NCBI GenBank assembly: GCA_033442325.1
Contig: JAWQFM010000006.1
Span: 957,200-1,021,199 of the forward strand
DNA: 64,000 nucleotides
From: Salpingoeca rosetta
Lineage: Eukaryota; Protista; Choanoflagellata
Direction: 5' to 3'
Shown here: positions 14,192 to 34,690 of the stretch, one piece after another
Position numbering within the stretch: position 1 is the first letter of the stretch
Layout of the letters: each line of letters opens with the position of its first letter
Notes under the pieces: generated by a model
What the model was told of the DNA's origin: nothing
The model's input: only the letters and a program-made list of their open reading frames with translations
The model's database searches: none
Position numbers and translations under genes: made by a program

Positions 14192-16610
14192 ATGAGCAGT
14201 TCTGCTTCAGAGTGGGCACTGGTTGCTCAACGTCTCCTTGAACGACCGGCTCCTCACCAGGATCCTGACAACATGCGCATTGGGGTTCACTTGGACAGCA
14301 CACTTGCTGCACGAGACACGGCGCGCACGTTCTTCAACTTGATGTTCACTTGTCGCGGGCTCTATCACGACCTGCCGTGGGCCATGCCCAAGTGGTGCCT
14401 GCCGGACGCCTTCGAGTACGCCCTTCCAGTCGCATACAATTGGCTCGACACATTCCAGCAAGACGTGTACCCGCTGTCTCGCCCAACTGAACCGACCCAA
14501 GCCAGAGACGACAGTGCTTTCGACATGACAGCGTGGCTGGAGGAGCGCTGCCTGGCCTATTCTTGGATCGGCGTGACATGGCGCAGCAGTTTGCCCTTTC
14601 TTCGTTCTCGACTGGCAGGTCCCCTGTCACAGACCCACGCTTTCTGGGACAAGTTTGCTCGCTGTGGCCGTGTCAATTTCATCAGCCTTTCGGAGTTGGA
14701 AGCATGGGCTGCCGCCATATCAACAGCAGCCACGGACAGTGCCTCGACAACATCGCTTCTCACCAGCACACCGACACCATGCACCCAGAACGCTTCTGTC
14801 GAAGGTGTCATGCATCAACGTGAACTGCAACAGCCCTCATCCACGCAGGACCAGGACCAGGACCAGGACCAGGACCAGGACCAGGACCAGGACCAGGACC
14901 AGGACCAGGACCAGCAACAGCACCAGGACCAGGACCAGGACCAGGACCAGGACCAGGACCAGGACCAGCAACAGCACCAGGACCAGCACCACCACCACCA
15001 GCACCACCACCACCAGGACCAGCACCAGGACCAGCACCAGCACCGGCAGCAGCAAGGACAACAGCAACAGCCTCCGCGACGACTGGCACTGTTCCAATTG
15101 ACCGCAGCCATTCACAGCCAAGCAGAGGCAGACCGACTCCAAGCCCTGCAGTCAACCGTCCTGCACGGGTCTCACGGAGCATGGGTCACCTTGCAGTGTC
15201 ACACGCATCTCCGTTCCCTGAGTTTGAGCAACATCAGCAAGCTGAACATTAGGGATTCCCCGATTGATCACGTGACGCTGCATGACATCGAGCAGCTGTA
15301 CTGGGACAAGACCCAGGAACAAAGTACCATCAGGGGTGAATTGCGCAACGTGCAGAGGATGGAGCTCAAATGTCGTCGAAGGATTGCACCAACACACTCA
15401 TGGATGCACATTCCCAACATCCAGGTGTGCTTCAACGGGGAGGACGTCGATGCTGCATCGCTGGCAACTCGAACACAACTCGCCCTTTATCAGGCTGACT
15501 GGGATGACACCTCACCAGTGAGAGTTGACGCCGATGATCTTGATGCTGCCAAGAAAGCAGAGCATGATCGCGTGATCTCCCTGGCGAGCGAGGTTTCGCT
15601 GAACCAATTGCCCCTGGAAGTCGACATGCTACGAGCAACAGTGGCCCGGCTTCGAGAAGTCGAAGCGTCAGGGCGGGTTCAGCTGCCGAACGCAATCGAG
15701 GTTTACGTGAGTTTTCTTGGGAGTGTGGATCCGATTGATGTTGTTGTGCCCGGGACGGCTGAAGTCTCTCACGGTCTTCGACAACGCGAGTGACGATTTG
15801 GTGGCTGGCTTTGAACATGCATCAGTCGCGCACTTCAACGTCGATCTTGATTTATATCTTCATTTGGAGGCATTGACGTCTCTGGAGACACGTGTCGACA
15901 GGCTGGAGCTTGCCCACCCCTCATTTCCTGAACGCTTGGGTGCCCTTAGCTATCTCGACTATCTCTCAGATGATATGTGCGTGTGCATCGAAGTGCTGGG
16001 GTCTCAAGTGGACATGCGCGTTCCTGCATGTGTGAACGAGCTGATCGTCGATTCATGTGCACATAGGCTGCGGACTGGTTTTGTGGTCAATGTGCCACGC
16101 GTGCGGATCGGACGTGAGTTTGGCTCCGAAATGAGTGTGTTGCGCGACGTCCATCTCCTTGCTGGTCGGCAGCGCCTGGAACTCCGGGGCTGCACGCTGG
16201 ACGGCGAGGTCTTACGCTGCAATGAAGTGGACGTGCGCCGCTGCTTGGGGCGCTTGGCGGTGAGCTCGAGCGAGCGCGTGGATGCCGCCAACGCTATGGT
16301 GGGTGAGCCGACCGACAGCAACGGCAGCTCCAGCGAGCCGGGTTGTATCGTGCTGAAGCGCTTGCAAGACGTGACACACTGCAAGCTGGTCCACACAGTC
16401 ATCAACGACTTCAGCTGTCTCCAACACATTCGGCGCCTTGTGCTCAGCAAGTGCAAGTTCGACGACGTGACACACCTGCCACCCGTCGCCTGCCTTGTGG
16501 TGCGCGACTGCTTCACTCGCGCTGGCGGTGCATGGCCCAACGTTACTTTCATCAACCGGCCGCTGGAAGCAATGACAGCCTGCCTCCTCGCAGGGAAGCG
16601 TATTCGTTGA
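14192..16610 (+). CDS. Intron-poor hypothetical protein, F-box-like N-terminus and degenerate LRR-like C-terminus, split over two frames
   Basis: ORF 14192-15793 overlaps ORF 15717-16610 in the +1 frame. It has a (QD)n tract and LRR-like periodicity (LQHIRRLVLSKCKFDDVTHLPPVACLVVRDC; LRSLSLSNISKLNIRD). FFNLMFTCRGLY resembles the end of an F-box. The family call is weak. Confidence 0.55.
14846..15045 (+). repeat. Coding hexanucleotide repeat (CAGGAC)n encoding (QD)n, grading into His/Gln runs
   Basis: Directly visible caggaccaggac... tandem array. Confidence 0.95.
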
Positions 16611-16828
16611 ATCTGACTGGATGAGACGAGGCTCAGTGTGTTTCAGTGCTGTGCTCGTTGGGTTGATGTTTCGTGGGAGGTGCGGTGAAGGAGAGGTTGG
16701 GATTTGGTGCGAGCGGGTCGATGCGTGTGTGCGTGAGTGTGTGAGTGCGTGTGTGCGTGGAAGGGGGATTTGTTGTACATGCTCGAGTGCAGTTGAGCGG
16801 AAGAAGATTGTGTATGCATGTGCTATGC

Positions 16829-16982
<154 letters not shown>

Positions 16983-17254
16983 TGCGTCGTTCTGTTTGGA
17001 CAAGAAATCAAAAAAGCGATATGCAACAGTTCATCTTTTCAAGTCCGTCACAGTCATCATCACAATGTCAAGGAAGACAGAGAGAAACGGAACGGTTACA
17101 TGATACGGGTACAGTGTCCTAGGCATGATCTACGGTGGCATGTCTCGCATTGGTGAAGCAAGGACGCATGCCTGAGAAAAAGGCCACATACACATACGTA
17201 TCAGCTGCTTGTCAACAATCAAAAGCAGGTGCCGCGAACACAGTCGCCCAACAA

Positions 17255-18024
17255 TCAATCCATGTCAAACAGCAAATCATGTTGGAAGGCGAGCGGGGTT
17301 CTTGCGGTGGACGCAGGCTGGTCTTGCGGTTGTTGTTCTGGTGGTGCCGTGGATGGATCAAGACTCGCCGGCGACGCCGATGACACGTCTGCCACGTCTG
17401 ACACGCCTGCTACTGCAGGTGTACGCGGTGTCTCAACGACGGTTGCACTCGGTGTCTCATGTGCACCGGGCGAATCGGCCTGCTTCATATCCAGGTCGAT
17501 CTCTTTCGTGTTGTCTCGTTCGTCAATCGGCACCACGCCTGAATTGGTTGTGGCCATACTGCTGTCCTCCTCGTCCCCGCCAGTGTCGCAGCCACTGGTA
17601 CTTGCACTCGTTACCGCGCGCTCGGCACTGGGCTCCGTCCAGGGGTCAGCCATGGCCTTGATATCCTGCTTTGTCTGCACGAGCAGCCAATCAAATGATG
17701 CAGCGACAGCCATGAACGACAGCCATGAACGACAGTTGAGCTGTTTCGACAGGCCAAGCATACAATGAAATCCAAACACACAAAGACGCACACCCGCACA
17801 CACAAACGTGACAAACTCACGTTTTCCTCGGTGAAGAGGAGACGCTCGCGCAAGGTCTTTTCGTCATGACCGTACCGCACACGCTGCCACGAAATAGCGG
17901 GTGTCTGTTGAACAAGCAGTCATCCACAGGCACAAGAGACCGTGAGACAACGCACACAACTGAACAGTTATGGCAGCAATAACGAGGAAGAGGTAAAAGT
18001 TCGGGCAGGAGAAGACGGCACAAC

Positions 18025-18115
<91 letters not shown>

Positions 18116-19916
18116 CTCAAACAACCAGCACTTAAACGACGGGTAAGATACACCGGGTCATCACCTTTGTGAGTTTGATAACGACATTCTCTGGCGAGAC
18201 GTCACATGCGGGCTGATCCTCCTCGAAACACGAGTCAAACCTGCACCAAAAGCAACAAACAGTTATGTCAGCGCGCACCTGAATATGAACACGCACGAGC
18301 TTCAGGTGCCCTGCGCAAGTCAGATGTGAGCATGTCGTCACCTGAAGAGAAGAGGTGGTTGAGAGTCGCGGAGGGTCACGTCCAGGCCGTGGATGTCAAT
18401 GCCAGTCGCAACCGTTGTCACGTGCTTGCAAGCACTCACATTGCTGCTGTTCAAACCGGCCTCATCAATGATGAGGCTCAGCTTGGTTGGTGTCTGCACA
18501 AACGTCACATGTGGTACGTGCTTGTTCACAGTGTTGTCTGCATTGTTTGCGGCGCTGTCGTTGGTGTCGCCGCTCATGCTGTTGTCGATACTGCTCTTGT
18601 TGTTGCTGCTGTCATCCTCACAGGCACCATCCACGTTCGCTGTATCTTGGGTTGCCGAGAGGGCAGAGGATGTGCTGTCTGGAGCGGCAGCATCCGCTGC
18701 CTTTCCGATGGAACTGTCGTCTCGGCTAACCTCAGTCACCGTGCCAAGCTGCTGCGGTTGCCCTTGCTTGTCATCAATCGTCCCTTTCTTCCCCTCCAGT
18801 GCGCGGCTCTGTGTCTCTGCAACACGGCCCAGCATCGGGTGGGGTGCCACCTGCGCGTCGTCGTCTTCGCCACCTCTGGTCGCCGGCAGAACAGGCAGCG
18901 TCACCGTCAGAATGCGCTTACTCTTGTCAAACTTGGCAGTGCCGTTCTCCTGCGTGGTGGTGGTGGTGGCGGCGGCGGTGGTGGCGGTGGTGGTGGTGGC
19001 GGCGGCGGTAATTGGGGCGCCAGTACGTGCGATTTCGTCATGCGTCAGCGGGTCGCCAATGGAACAAAACATCGTGATAAACCAAAAAGATACGCGGGTA
19101 GAAACGCAGACGTTACACACATATATACAGGCAAGTACACACATATACACACGCATACACACAAATACACACGCATGCAGGCAGAGACACACAGAAACAC
19201 ACTCACAAACACAGCCACACACGCGGTCAAGTGTACCTCGTCCACAGGAAATGAGAGCGGAAGTGAGAGGTCGTACGGGCCGTCAGGTGAGGAGAGGGCA
19301 AGCAGTCGCTCCTCTACATCAAGATCAACGCTGGCAGCAGACTTGCACTTGGGCAGCTCCACGCTCACGACAATCGCCTGAACGTGCAAAAACCAAATTG
19401 GGCAAGGGTGCAAGCAAGGAACAGGGTCAGCAACAAGCGGACATTGTGTCACGTTTCGTTTCGTTACACGTGCAACCGCCACCGCCTCGCAACAACACTC
19501 CTAGTTCCGTTGACCCTCCAGCACCACGATCACACGACCTCCACCACCACCTGACTCCACGCCCTCTCGGAGCAGCACCTCAGGACGGGTGGAGGTGCCG
19601 GCGTCAGGGGCGTCACGGACATCGCTCATATCAAACGCGCGGCGATACACAACACGGTGCGCGGGTGTCCTGTCATCGGGCTGCTTGGTGGACGAATCGT
19701 CCGTGTGCTTGTCTGTCTCCACTGCGGGTTTCTGTTTGGGCTGGTTCTGCTGGTGCTGCTTGGCCTGCTGGTGCTGCTTCTGTATCTGGGACTTGACGGC
19801 ACCCACCACGTCCTCACCCGCCGCCGCATTCGAACCGCTGGCAGATGTGCGAATCACAGACCGGGACGGCATGCCCTGCACACGATCATGTCGCAGTCGT
19901 GGCAGTGGTTGTTGTC

Positions 19917-19948
<32 letters not shown>

Positions 19949-21291
19949 GGTGGTGGTGGTGATGATGGCGGTGGGACATGGGAAAGCGACGGCGCGTAAA
20001 CCGAGTGTCACACACATGAAGTGAGACACTAGACAGGCACGCACATACGCACGAGCAACCCTACTTGTTTACGCACCTTGAACTTCATCTTGAGGTGCTT
20101 CTTGGTGGAGCGATCGAGCTTGTGGTAGGAGAAGCGCTGCTCAATGCCGTCAAACGCGGTGCCCACCACCATCTGAAGCAAAGCAGGACGTCGTGGTGCT
20201 GACATGTGTGAGTGCCAACACTCGTGCACAGGAGTACGAACACAAGGACACGAGCACGCTAGAACGCACGCAGGCGCCCACCGGCCAGCAAAGGAACATG
20301 CCACGCGAACAAACAAGTAGAGGAACTCCACAAAACCGCACACACACACAACAAAAAGAAAACACCGCACACACACACACACACAACAAAACAAAAACCC
20401 CGCACACACACAGACATCGTACACACACACATAATCACACACTCGCACGCACTGACCTCCTTGAAGCGGGCGTCCATGTTGGCAAGTCGCAATGCCTGTG
20501 GATGAAACACGACGTCGTACACGATGCACGTGTTGCCTGCCTTGTCCAGGTCTTCGCGGTGCTTGGTGATGCTGTGTGGTAGGGACCAGCGCACTCCGCG
20601 CTTGCTGCCTTCGGTCGCTGTCGTCGACGTCGGCTTGTCAATCACCTCCGACTGCGCATATCCGGGACCATGCAGGTGCGCGCGTGTGTATGTGTATGTG
20701 TGAGTGTGTGAGTGTGTGTATGTGCGAATGGGTATGTGGGTGGGTGCGAACGAGAGTGGGTTGGTTCAGGTGCGCGTGTGTGCAATTGAAGGTGCGCGTA
20801 TTTGTGCGTGATGTTTGAAAGAAAGCACGTTGCGTGTGTATGGTGACAAGCAGTGCATTCATGGTTTCACATTTGTCAGTACCTGGCAAATGTTCATGAA
20901 GACTTTGGTGTCAGAGTCCTTGAGCTTGCTCTTGACCACGAACCCGGGCTGCGAACATCAAGCAAGTCGTTTAATGGTCAACCAGAACTTTACACTTGAT
21001 GTCACCAGCACACACACACACGCACACGCACAAGAGGCATACACACAAACATACATACACACATACATACATACATACATACATACATACATACATACAT
21101 ACATACACATACAAACCTCGGGGTTGATGAACTTGACATCGTTGCCTTGCATGGCCTCCATCTGTCGCAGCTCCTCCTCATATCGCTGTCATTTATAGCA
21201 AGGAAGAAGTGAGCTGGAAGGCACACGCACACACACACACACACACGCAAGGACACATACACACACACGCACGCACACACACGCACACACG

Positions 21292-21326
<35 letters not shown>

Positions 21327-21648
21327 GTCATCACAATCAAAGCAGGGTTTTCCGATGAACACCATCGCCAACACGGCATGATATTGTCAACCTTGCGGTT
21401 CTCCGGGTTTGAAATCTCCTCGGCATACTCGGCCAGCAGCTTGCGGAAGTTTTCGTCCTTCATGGCATTGCCAATCGCCTCCAGCTCCTGCAATGGACCA
21501 CAGGCATGACTGTAAGCGAAATGCAACAAGAATGAATGCAGCTTTTCCTTCGCGGAACGTGACGCTGTGATGTGACGTTGTCTGCCCAGGCACGACCACT
21601 CACCTCTGCCGTTGGCACAAACTCCTTGTCATCACTGGTGGTCGCCAT
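17255..21648 (-). CDS. DNAAF2: Kintoun/PF13, PIH1-domain axonemal dynein assembly factor, multi-exon
   Basis: Exons encode [99 protein letters not shown] and C-terminal DLLFDMD*. Confidence 0.92.
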
Positions 21649-21916
21649 CGCTTCGTTGCTATGTGTGTGTGTGTGAGTGAGTGCGTGTGTGTGTGTATGT
21701 GCGTGTGTGTGTGTGTGTATGTGTGTGTGTGTGTGCGTGTGCGTGTGTATGTGTGTTGGCAGAGTTGGTCGTCAATGCTTCGCGGCGGTTACGTAAGAAA
21801 ATTAACACACACACCAACAAATGTTCACAACTTCACTTTGCCTGATGAGGAAGGAAAGCGACTTTGCTTGCTTCTCATCTGTCTTCTTTTGTGCTCAAGC
21901 CAACCATCCACGAACG
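21649..21916. promoter_or_regulatory. Putative bidirectional promoter between DNAAF2 and YIPF6
   Basis: Head-to-head ATGs are 268 bp apart. GAAAATT at 21797-21803. Confidence 0.5.
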
Positions 21917-23361
21917 ATGATGAACAGTACGAGTAGCGGCGGCGGAACGGATGATGTCTCCTTGCCGATGGAGGGCATGGAAGAAATGGAGGGCGTGCTG
22001 TCGGGCAACATTGACATGTCAACCTCAGAGTCACAGGTAATGCAAGCGGTCATGCTTCCAATGGCATGGTGGTCTTGTTGTGCATGAAACCAAAGGAGCT
22101 GGTGTTCTTGCGTGCTTGCGCAGCAAGTGCTTGTTGATCCTGTGCTGCCGTGCCATGCGTGCCTTCTGACTGGCCACGCTTTCTATTGCTCTGTGTCACA
22201 TACACAGGACACGCTGGACGAGCCTGTGTGGGACACGCTGAAGCGAGACTTGGGGCAGATCATCAACAAGTTCACGCATGTGATTGTGCCGAGGAAGGGA
22301 AACCGTGAGCTGCTGCGGAATTGGGACCTGTGGGGACCAATGGGCCTCACCATGACACTTGCTCTGCTACTTCGAGAAACCGCAAAGGAAGACCAACGAA
22401 CAGAGGTGTTTACAGGCACCTTCTTCATCATCTGGTGCGTCTTCTGTTGGATGCAAAGAATGCATTGCGTCTCGCCATATCGTGAGGCAGGACCATGTTA
22501 GGCACCATGCAACTGTGCGCCCGTGGGTGTGCGTATGTGCGTGTGTGTATGTGCGTGTGCGTGAGTGTACATATACGTGCACGTGCGTGGTTGCATGTCA
22601 ACATTCATGCGTGCGTGAATGTGTGAATATGCTGCAAAACTGACTGTATGTCCTGCACATCCATAACCGCACCAGCTTACAAAGGCGCCATGTTCCCTGC
22701 TGCTTCGTGTGCTCTCTATCTCCCTCCTCTCCCTGCCTCCCTCTGTCTTTCTCTCATGTGTGCAGTGCTGGGTCGGCGATTGTGACTGTGAACAACCAGC
22801 TGTTGGGTGGCACTCTGTCCATTTTCCAGGGCATGTGTGTGCTTGGGTATTGCATGTTCCCGCTTGTTTGTGCATGCATTCTTCTTCGCTTCGTGGGTTA
22901 TCTCACCACCCACCTCGCCGTTCGCTTCGTTGTTGCTGGCCTCGGCCTCGCGTGGAGTATATACGGTGTGTATTTGTGTGTGTATGTTGTGCGTTGTGCG
23001 TTGTATGCTGTGCGTTGTGCGTTGTGCGTTGTGCGTTGTGCGTTGTGCGTGCACGGGTACCTTGCACCATGCACCTTTGATGTGCGCACTTCTTTACCCA
23101 TTGCAGCCCCACCTCAATTCTTCGTTTCAACCCCCCCCCCCACCATCACCATCACCATCACCAGCGAGTGTTGGCTTCGTTGCTGCCAGCAGTCCCGTTG
23201 CTCGCCGCGCCCTTGTTGTGTATCCAATCGTGCTCTACTACGTCTTCATCGCGTGGCTCATCCTCAACGACGTGGGCGGTGCGCCATCTGCATCCCCGCC
23301 ATCGCCGACCACCGCAACACCTCAACCACCACCAGCAACCACGACACAAGCGCCCGCGTGA
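21917..23361 (+). CDS. YIPF6: Yip1-domain Golgi membrane protein YIPF6 (4 exons)
   Basis: DTLDEPVWDTLKRDL, LLRNWDLWGP, IVTVNNQLLGGTLSIFQGMCVLGYC, RRALVVYPIVLYYVFIAWLI. Confidence 0.92.
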
Positions 23362-23425
23362 CCCCTTTGCAGCACTCAGGCTTAGGATTGAACTGAACGC
23401 GCGTGTGTGAACGTGTGAACGTGTG

Positions 23426-23563
<138 letters not shown>

Positions 23564-24141
23564 GCATAAAGTTACGGGTGCGCGCGTATGTGCATGCGTG
23601 CATGTGCATCGCACACATTGTTGAATGAAACAAGAAGGGCGGTTTCCTGTTACCACAAACCGCGTCTTGTCCTTGCAATGAACATGTATTTGCCACACAT
23701 TGGCAACTGTCGAAACGACATCTCAGTACACAAACAACTGAAGTCAACAGAAACACAATGACATAAAAGTGGGAAGCAGGAAGCAAGCAATGCAGACCAG
23801 GCACGCGTAATGTAACAAATCAGAATCAAGGCATCCAGCAATCAAACGTGCGTGCGCGTCTGAAACTCAAAAGTTGCCAACGTTGTTTGCACGTTGTCGT
23901 CAGCGTCAACGGCAAAAAGAATGAGACGCAAAAGGTGAAGAATGAAAGGAGAGGGAAGCAAGAAAGCAGAGAGGAAGCTAGCAATTTACCGCACATGGAA
24001 TAGTTGTCAACAGGCCACAAAACAGTGTAACGAGCAACAAAGTTGGGGTGCGCATCATGTCACATGTGCACACGCGCGACCAGCCCCACTGTCACTGTCA
24101 CGGACGACGACAATGCAGTGAATTCATTCATGACACTCATC

Positions 24142-31963
<7,822 letters not shown>

Positions 31964-32562
31964 GTCTGCTGCGTTTCTTTGCTTTCGTTCTTGCTTGCTT
32001 CTCGGCGTTTGTCTTGAACACCAGCTCAATGGACTCACCTCACCAACAAGACCAGCTCACCAGCTGCTGTCACTCACGCAGTCAGTCAGCCCAGCCCGTC
32101 TTCGTCTTCGTCTTCGTCTTCCTTGTCCCTCCTTATCTCAACAACTCGGCAACACGGCAGGTAGGGTGCTCTGGCTGCTCCCTGCTTGCATCCACTCACT
32201 CCTCTTTGCTTGCTGCCTGCTGTCGATAAGTTCTCTCGCTGCTGTCGTGGCGATGTGATGATTGTGACAACCAAACCCACCAACAAGCAGCCGACCGCAA
32301 CAAGCAAACACCACCCCTCACTCAACAAGCACGCATTGTTGTGTGGCAGGCTGCTGTGGCACACAGGCACCCCCACCCCAAAACAGACCAACAAAACCGC
32401 GCACTGGAATGCCATGTCCTGCTGTTCGCGGCACCGTTTCAAATTGCTTCGCAGGCCTCCCGTCCATTTCCCGTTCGTCAGGCCAATCGAACGAAAAGTG
32501 CTGACTCAGCAACAGACATCAAAACGGTGTGAGGAAGGACGAGCAAGCGAACAAGCAAAATA

Positions 32563-32713
32563 CAGGTCACGCATGGTTATAGTGCCGTCGGGTGAAGTGG
32601 CAAACGAGCTAAAGTGACCCTAACTTCAGGAAACAGTCACTTACATGTTTATAGTGATGATTTTGGACTCGAGTAGTGACCGGTGCTCTCTCTGTGTGTG
32701 TGTGTGTGTGGAA

Positions 32714-32787
<74 letters not shown>

Positions 32788-34684
32788 ACACGGCCAGGAA
32801 GACGGTTTACTGTGCAGACCCATCGACAGAAGGGTCAACAGTGAGAAACCCATGAAGAGTAAGCTGTGTTTGAGGCATCACAATAAAGTCAAGGGCCGAA
32901 CGAAGGGAAACCAAAGAGTCACGATAGTTGGCGAGCTTGTGCGGGTGGAATGTAATGAAGCGGCGAAGTAGAGTGGCCGCCTCTCTTGCTTGCTTAAGCG
33001 TTGGTGGGGGTGCGTTCACTTTCGGGACTGCCGGGCGCTGTGACGATGATGGCACGTCGTCAAGACAAATCACATCACCCTCCCCATCGTCCCCTTCGTC
33101 GTTGTCGTCGATTCCACCCACACCACCCATACCACTGTTGTGGTCCCCGTCATCACCCACATCACACGTGCCGACATGCCCAGCCTCCCGTCCGTCAGAA
33201 CCCTCAAGGTGATCAGCCATGGCTTGCAGATCACCAAGCTCATATGGTACCTCGGTAACATTTTCCACCGGTAAGCTCAGCAAAGCCTCGGCAGTTGGGG
33301 TCTCCTTGCCGAAGCGCGAGTCAAAAGCGAGCGGTTTTAGCAGTGCGTTCAGCTCGTCGATGTGGTCGTCTCCAGGGAGAATGTCGGCGTGATCCCAGCA
33401 ATGGCGGATGGTGTCAACACTGACGTCCTTCCAAGCATTCTGGCACCAGTCAAACGCAACGTCGAGGGGCACATGCAGCCGTGCAGCCGTGGCGGTGGTG
33501 TCCTCGAGCTCCTTTGACAGCCAGGTAAGGTGACGCACTCGGTATTTCGCTTTGAAGGAGCGAATGATGCCAGCATCCAAGGGCTGCACATGGGACGTCG
33601 TGTTGGGCGGAAGGAAGACCACGTTCACCGTTCCGATACTGACACCCTTCAAGCCAAACCATGTGCCTGGTGTGCCATCGTCAATGCTGTGGGAGCGAGC
33701 ATTGTCAACGATCAGCCACACAGGCCGCTGGACATGGTGGGTGAAGTCTTTGAGGAAGTTGTTGAAGATTGTGGAGGTCATCCAAGCGCTGCTGTTGTAG
33801 TCGTAGTGAACACCGGAATCACGCAATGGCCGCCAGCCTTTTGGAAAACAGCGAGGGCGCGCTGCCTTGCCAATCACGTACAACGGTAGCTTGTCAGTAC
33901 CAGAAGCATTGCAGCACAGAGCAACGGTCAGTCGCTGCTTGTTCGTGACCGCTCCCGCACGTTGGTGAGATGCAAGAGTGCGGGTTGGGAGCTGTCTGTA
34001 ATACAGAGCTGTCTCGTCCAAGTTGTACAGGTCATCACGGGAAACGTGCTCGAGGAGTCTGGGCAGCGCCTCACGTGCAAGCGCAACGCCATCCATGTCC
34101 GCGCTTGCCGCCTCTCCGTATAGCTTGCGCTTACAAATGCCATGACGATGTTTGAATCGAAGCAGCCATGAGTGGCTGAAGTTGAAATGGTCTGGTAGAG
34201 ATATGTGCTGCCCAATGGCATGCGCTTTTGCCAGCAGTGTTTCGTCTGTCAGCGGGAAGTTTTGAGCCTGCTTCTGCTCAACCCAGGCGGCCAAAGCTGC
34301 TTCGAGACCTGCAACTGGGCTCGGTCGAAGCTTGGCACGCTTTGCTGTGTAAGGATCACTTGCTGCTTCCTCCCAGCGTTTTGGATCCTTGAGGATGTTT
34401 GTGATGCATGCTGGCGACGGACGCTTGCCAAACTTTGCACTGCAGAACTCGATGAGTTGCTCTCGAGTCAGCGATGCATCTCTGCCCTTCTCATGCACCA
34501 CTGCTGCCTTCTCCGCTGTGGTCAGAGCCACTCGTTTCTTGGCGGTGGACATGGCGCCAGTGTTTGCAATTTGCACATTGCAATTGGCAACCGTCATTGG
34601 GCTAAAGTGACTTCCGGACACAAAGATTTTATAGTGACCCCAAATTCAGGGAACCAAATAGTCACTATATCCATGCGTGACCTG
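32563..34684 (-). mobile_element. Full-length pogo/Tigger (Tc1/mariner superfamily) DNA transposon, 2,122 bp
   Basis: Left TIR CAGGTCACGCATGGTTATAGTGCC (32563-32586) versus reverse complement of right TIR CAGGTCACGCATGGATATAGTGAC (34661-34684): 22/24 match. TA flanks both ends (32561-62, 34685-86). Intact transposase inside. Confidence 0.95.
32807..34597 (-). CDS. pogo/Tigger transposase (CENP-B-type HTH + DDE_1), DD42D triad
   Basis: Intronless ORF with KRVALTTAEKAAV, FSHSWLLRFKHRHGI, YNLDETALYY, RLTVALCCNASG, AWMT, LIVDNARSH and FLPPNTTSHVQPLDAGII. Start is ATG 34597 or 34552. Confidence 0.95.
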   Translation of the reverse strand: MTVANCNVQIANTGAMSTAKKRVALTTAEKAAVVHEKGRDASLTREQLIEFCSAKFGKRPSPACITNILKDPKRWEEAASDPYTAKRAKLRPSPVAGLEAALAAWVEQKQAQNFPLTDETLLAKAHAIGQHISLPDHFNFSHSWLLRFKHRHGICKRKLYGEAASADMDGVALAREALPRLLEHVSRDDLYNLDETALYYRQLPTRTLASHQRAGAVTNKQRLTVALCCNASGTDKLPLYVIGKAARPRCFPKGWRPLRDSGVHYDYNSSAWMTSTIFNNFLKDFTHHVQRPVWLIVDNARSHSIDDGTPGTWFGLKGVSIGTVNVVFLPPNTTSHVQPLDAGIIRSFKAKYRVRHLTWLSKELEDTTATAARLHVPLDVAFDWCQNAWKDVSVDTIRHCWDHADILPGDDHIDELNALLKPLAFDSRFGKETPTAEALLSLPVENVTEVPYELGDLQAMADHLEGSDGREAGHVGTCDVGDDGDHNSGMGGVGGIDDNDEGDDGEGDVICLDDVPSSSQRPAVPKVNAPPPTLKQAREAATLLRRFITFHPHKLANYRDSLVSLRSALDFIVMPQTQLTLHGFLTVDPSVDGSAQ

Positions 34685-34690
34685 TAAAAG

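Noticed and set aside
18206-19796. Long plus-strand ORFs (391 and 467 aa)
   Set aside because: Antisense shadows of kintoun exons in GC-rich DNA with no recognisable domain.
32807-34597. Domesticated CENP-B/TIGD-like host gene
   Set aside because: TIRs, a TA duplication and an intact DDD triad indicate an autonomous transposon.
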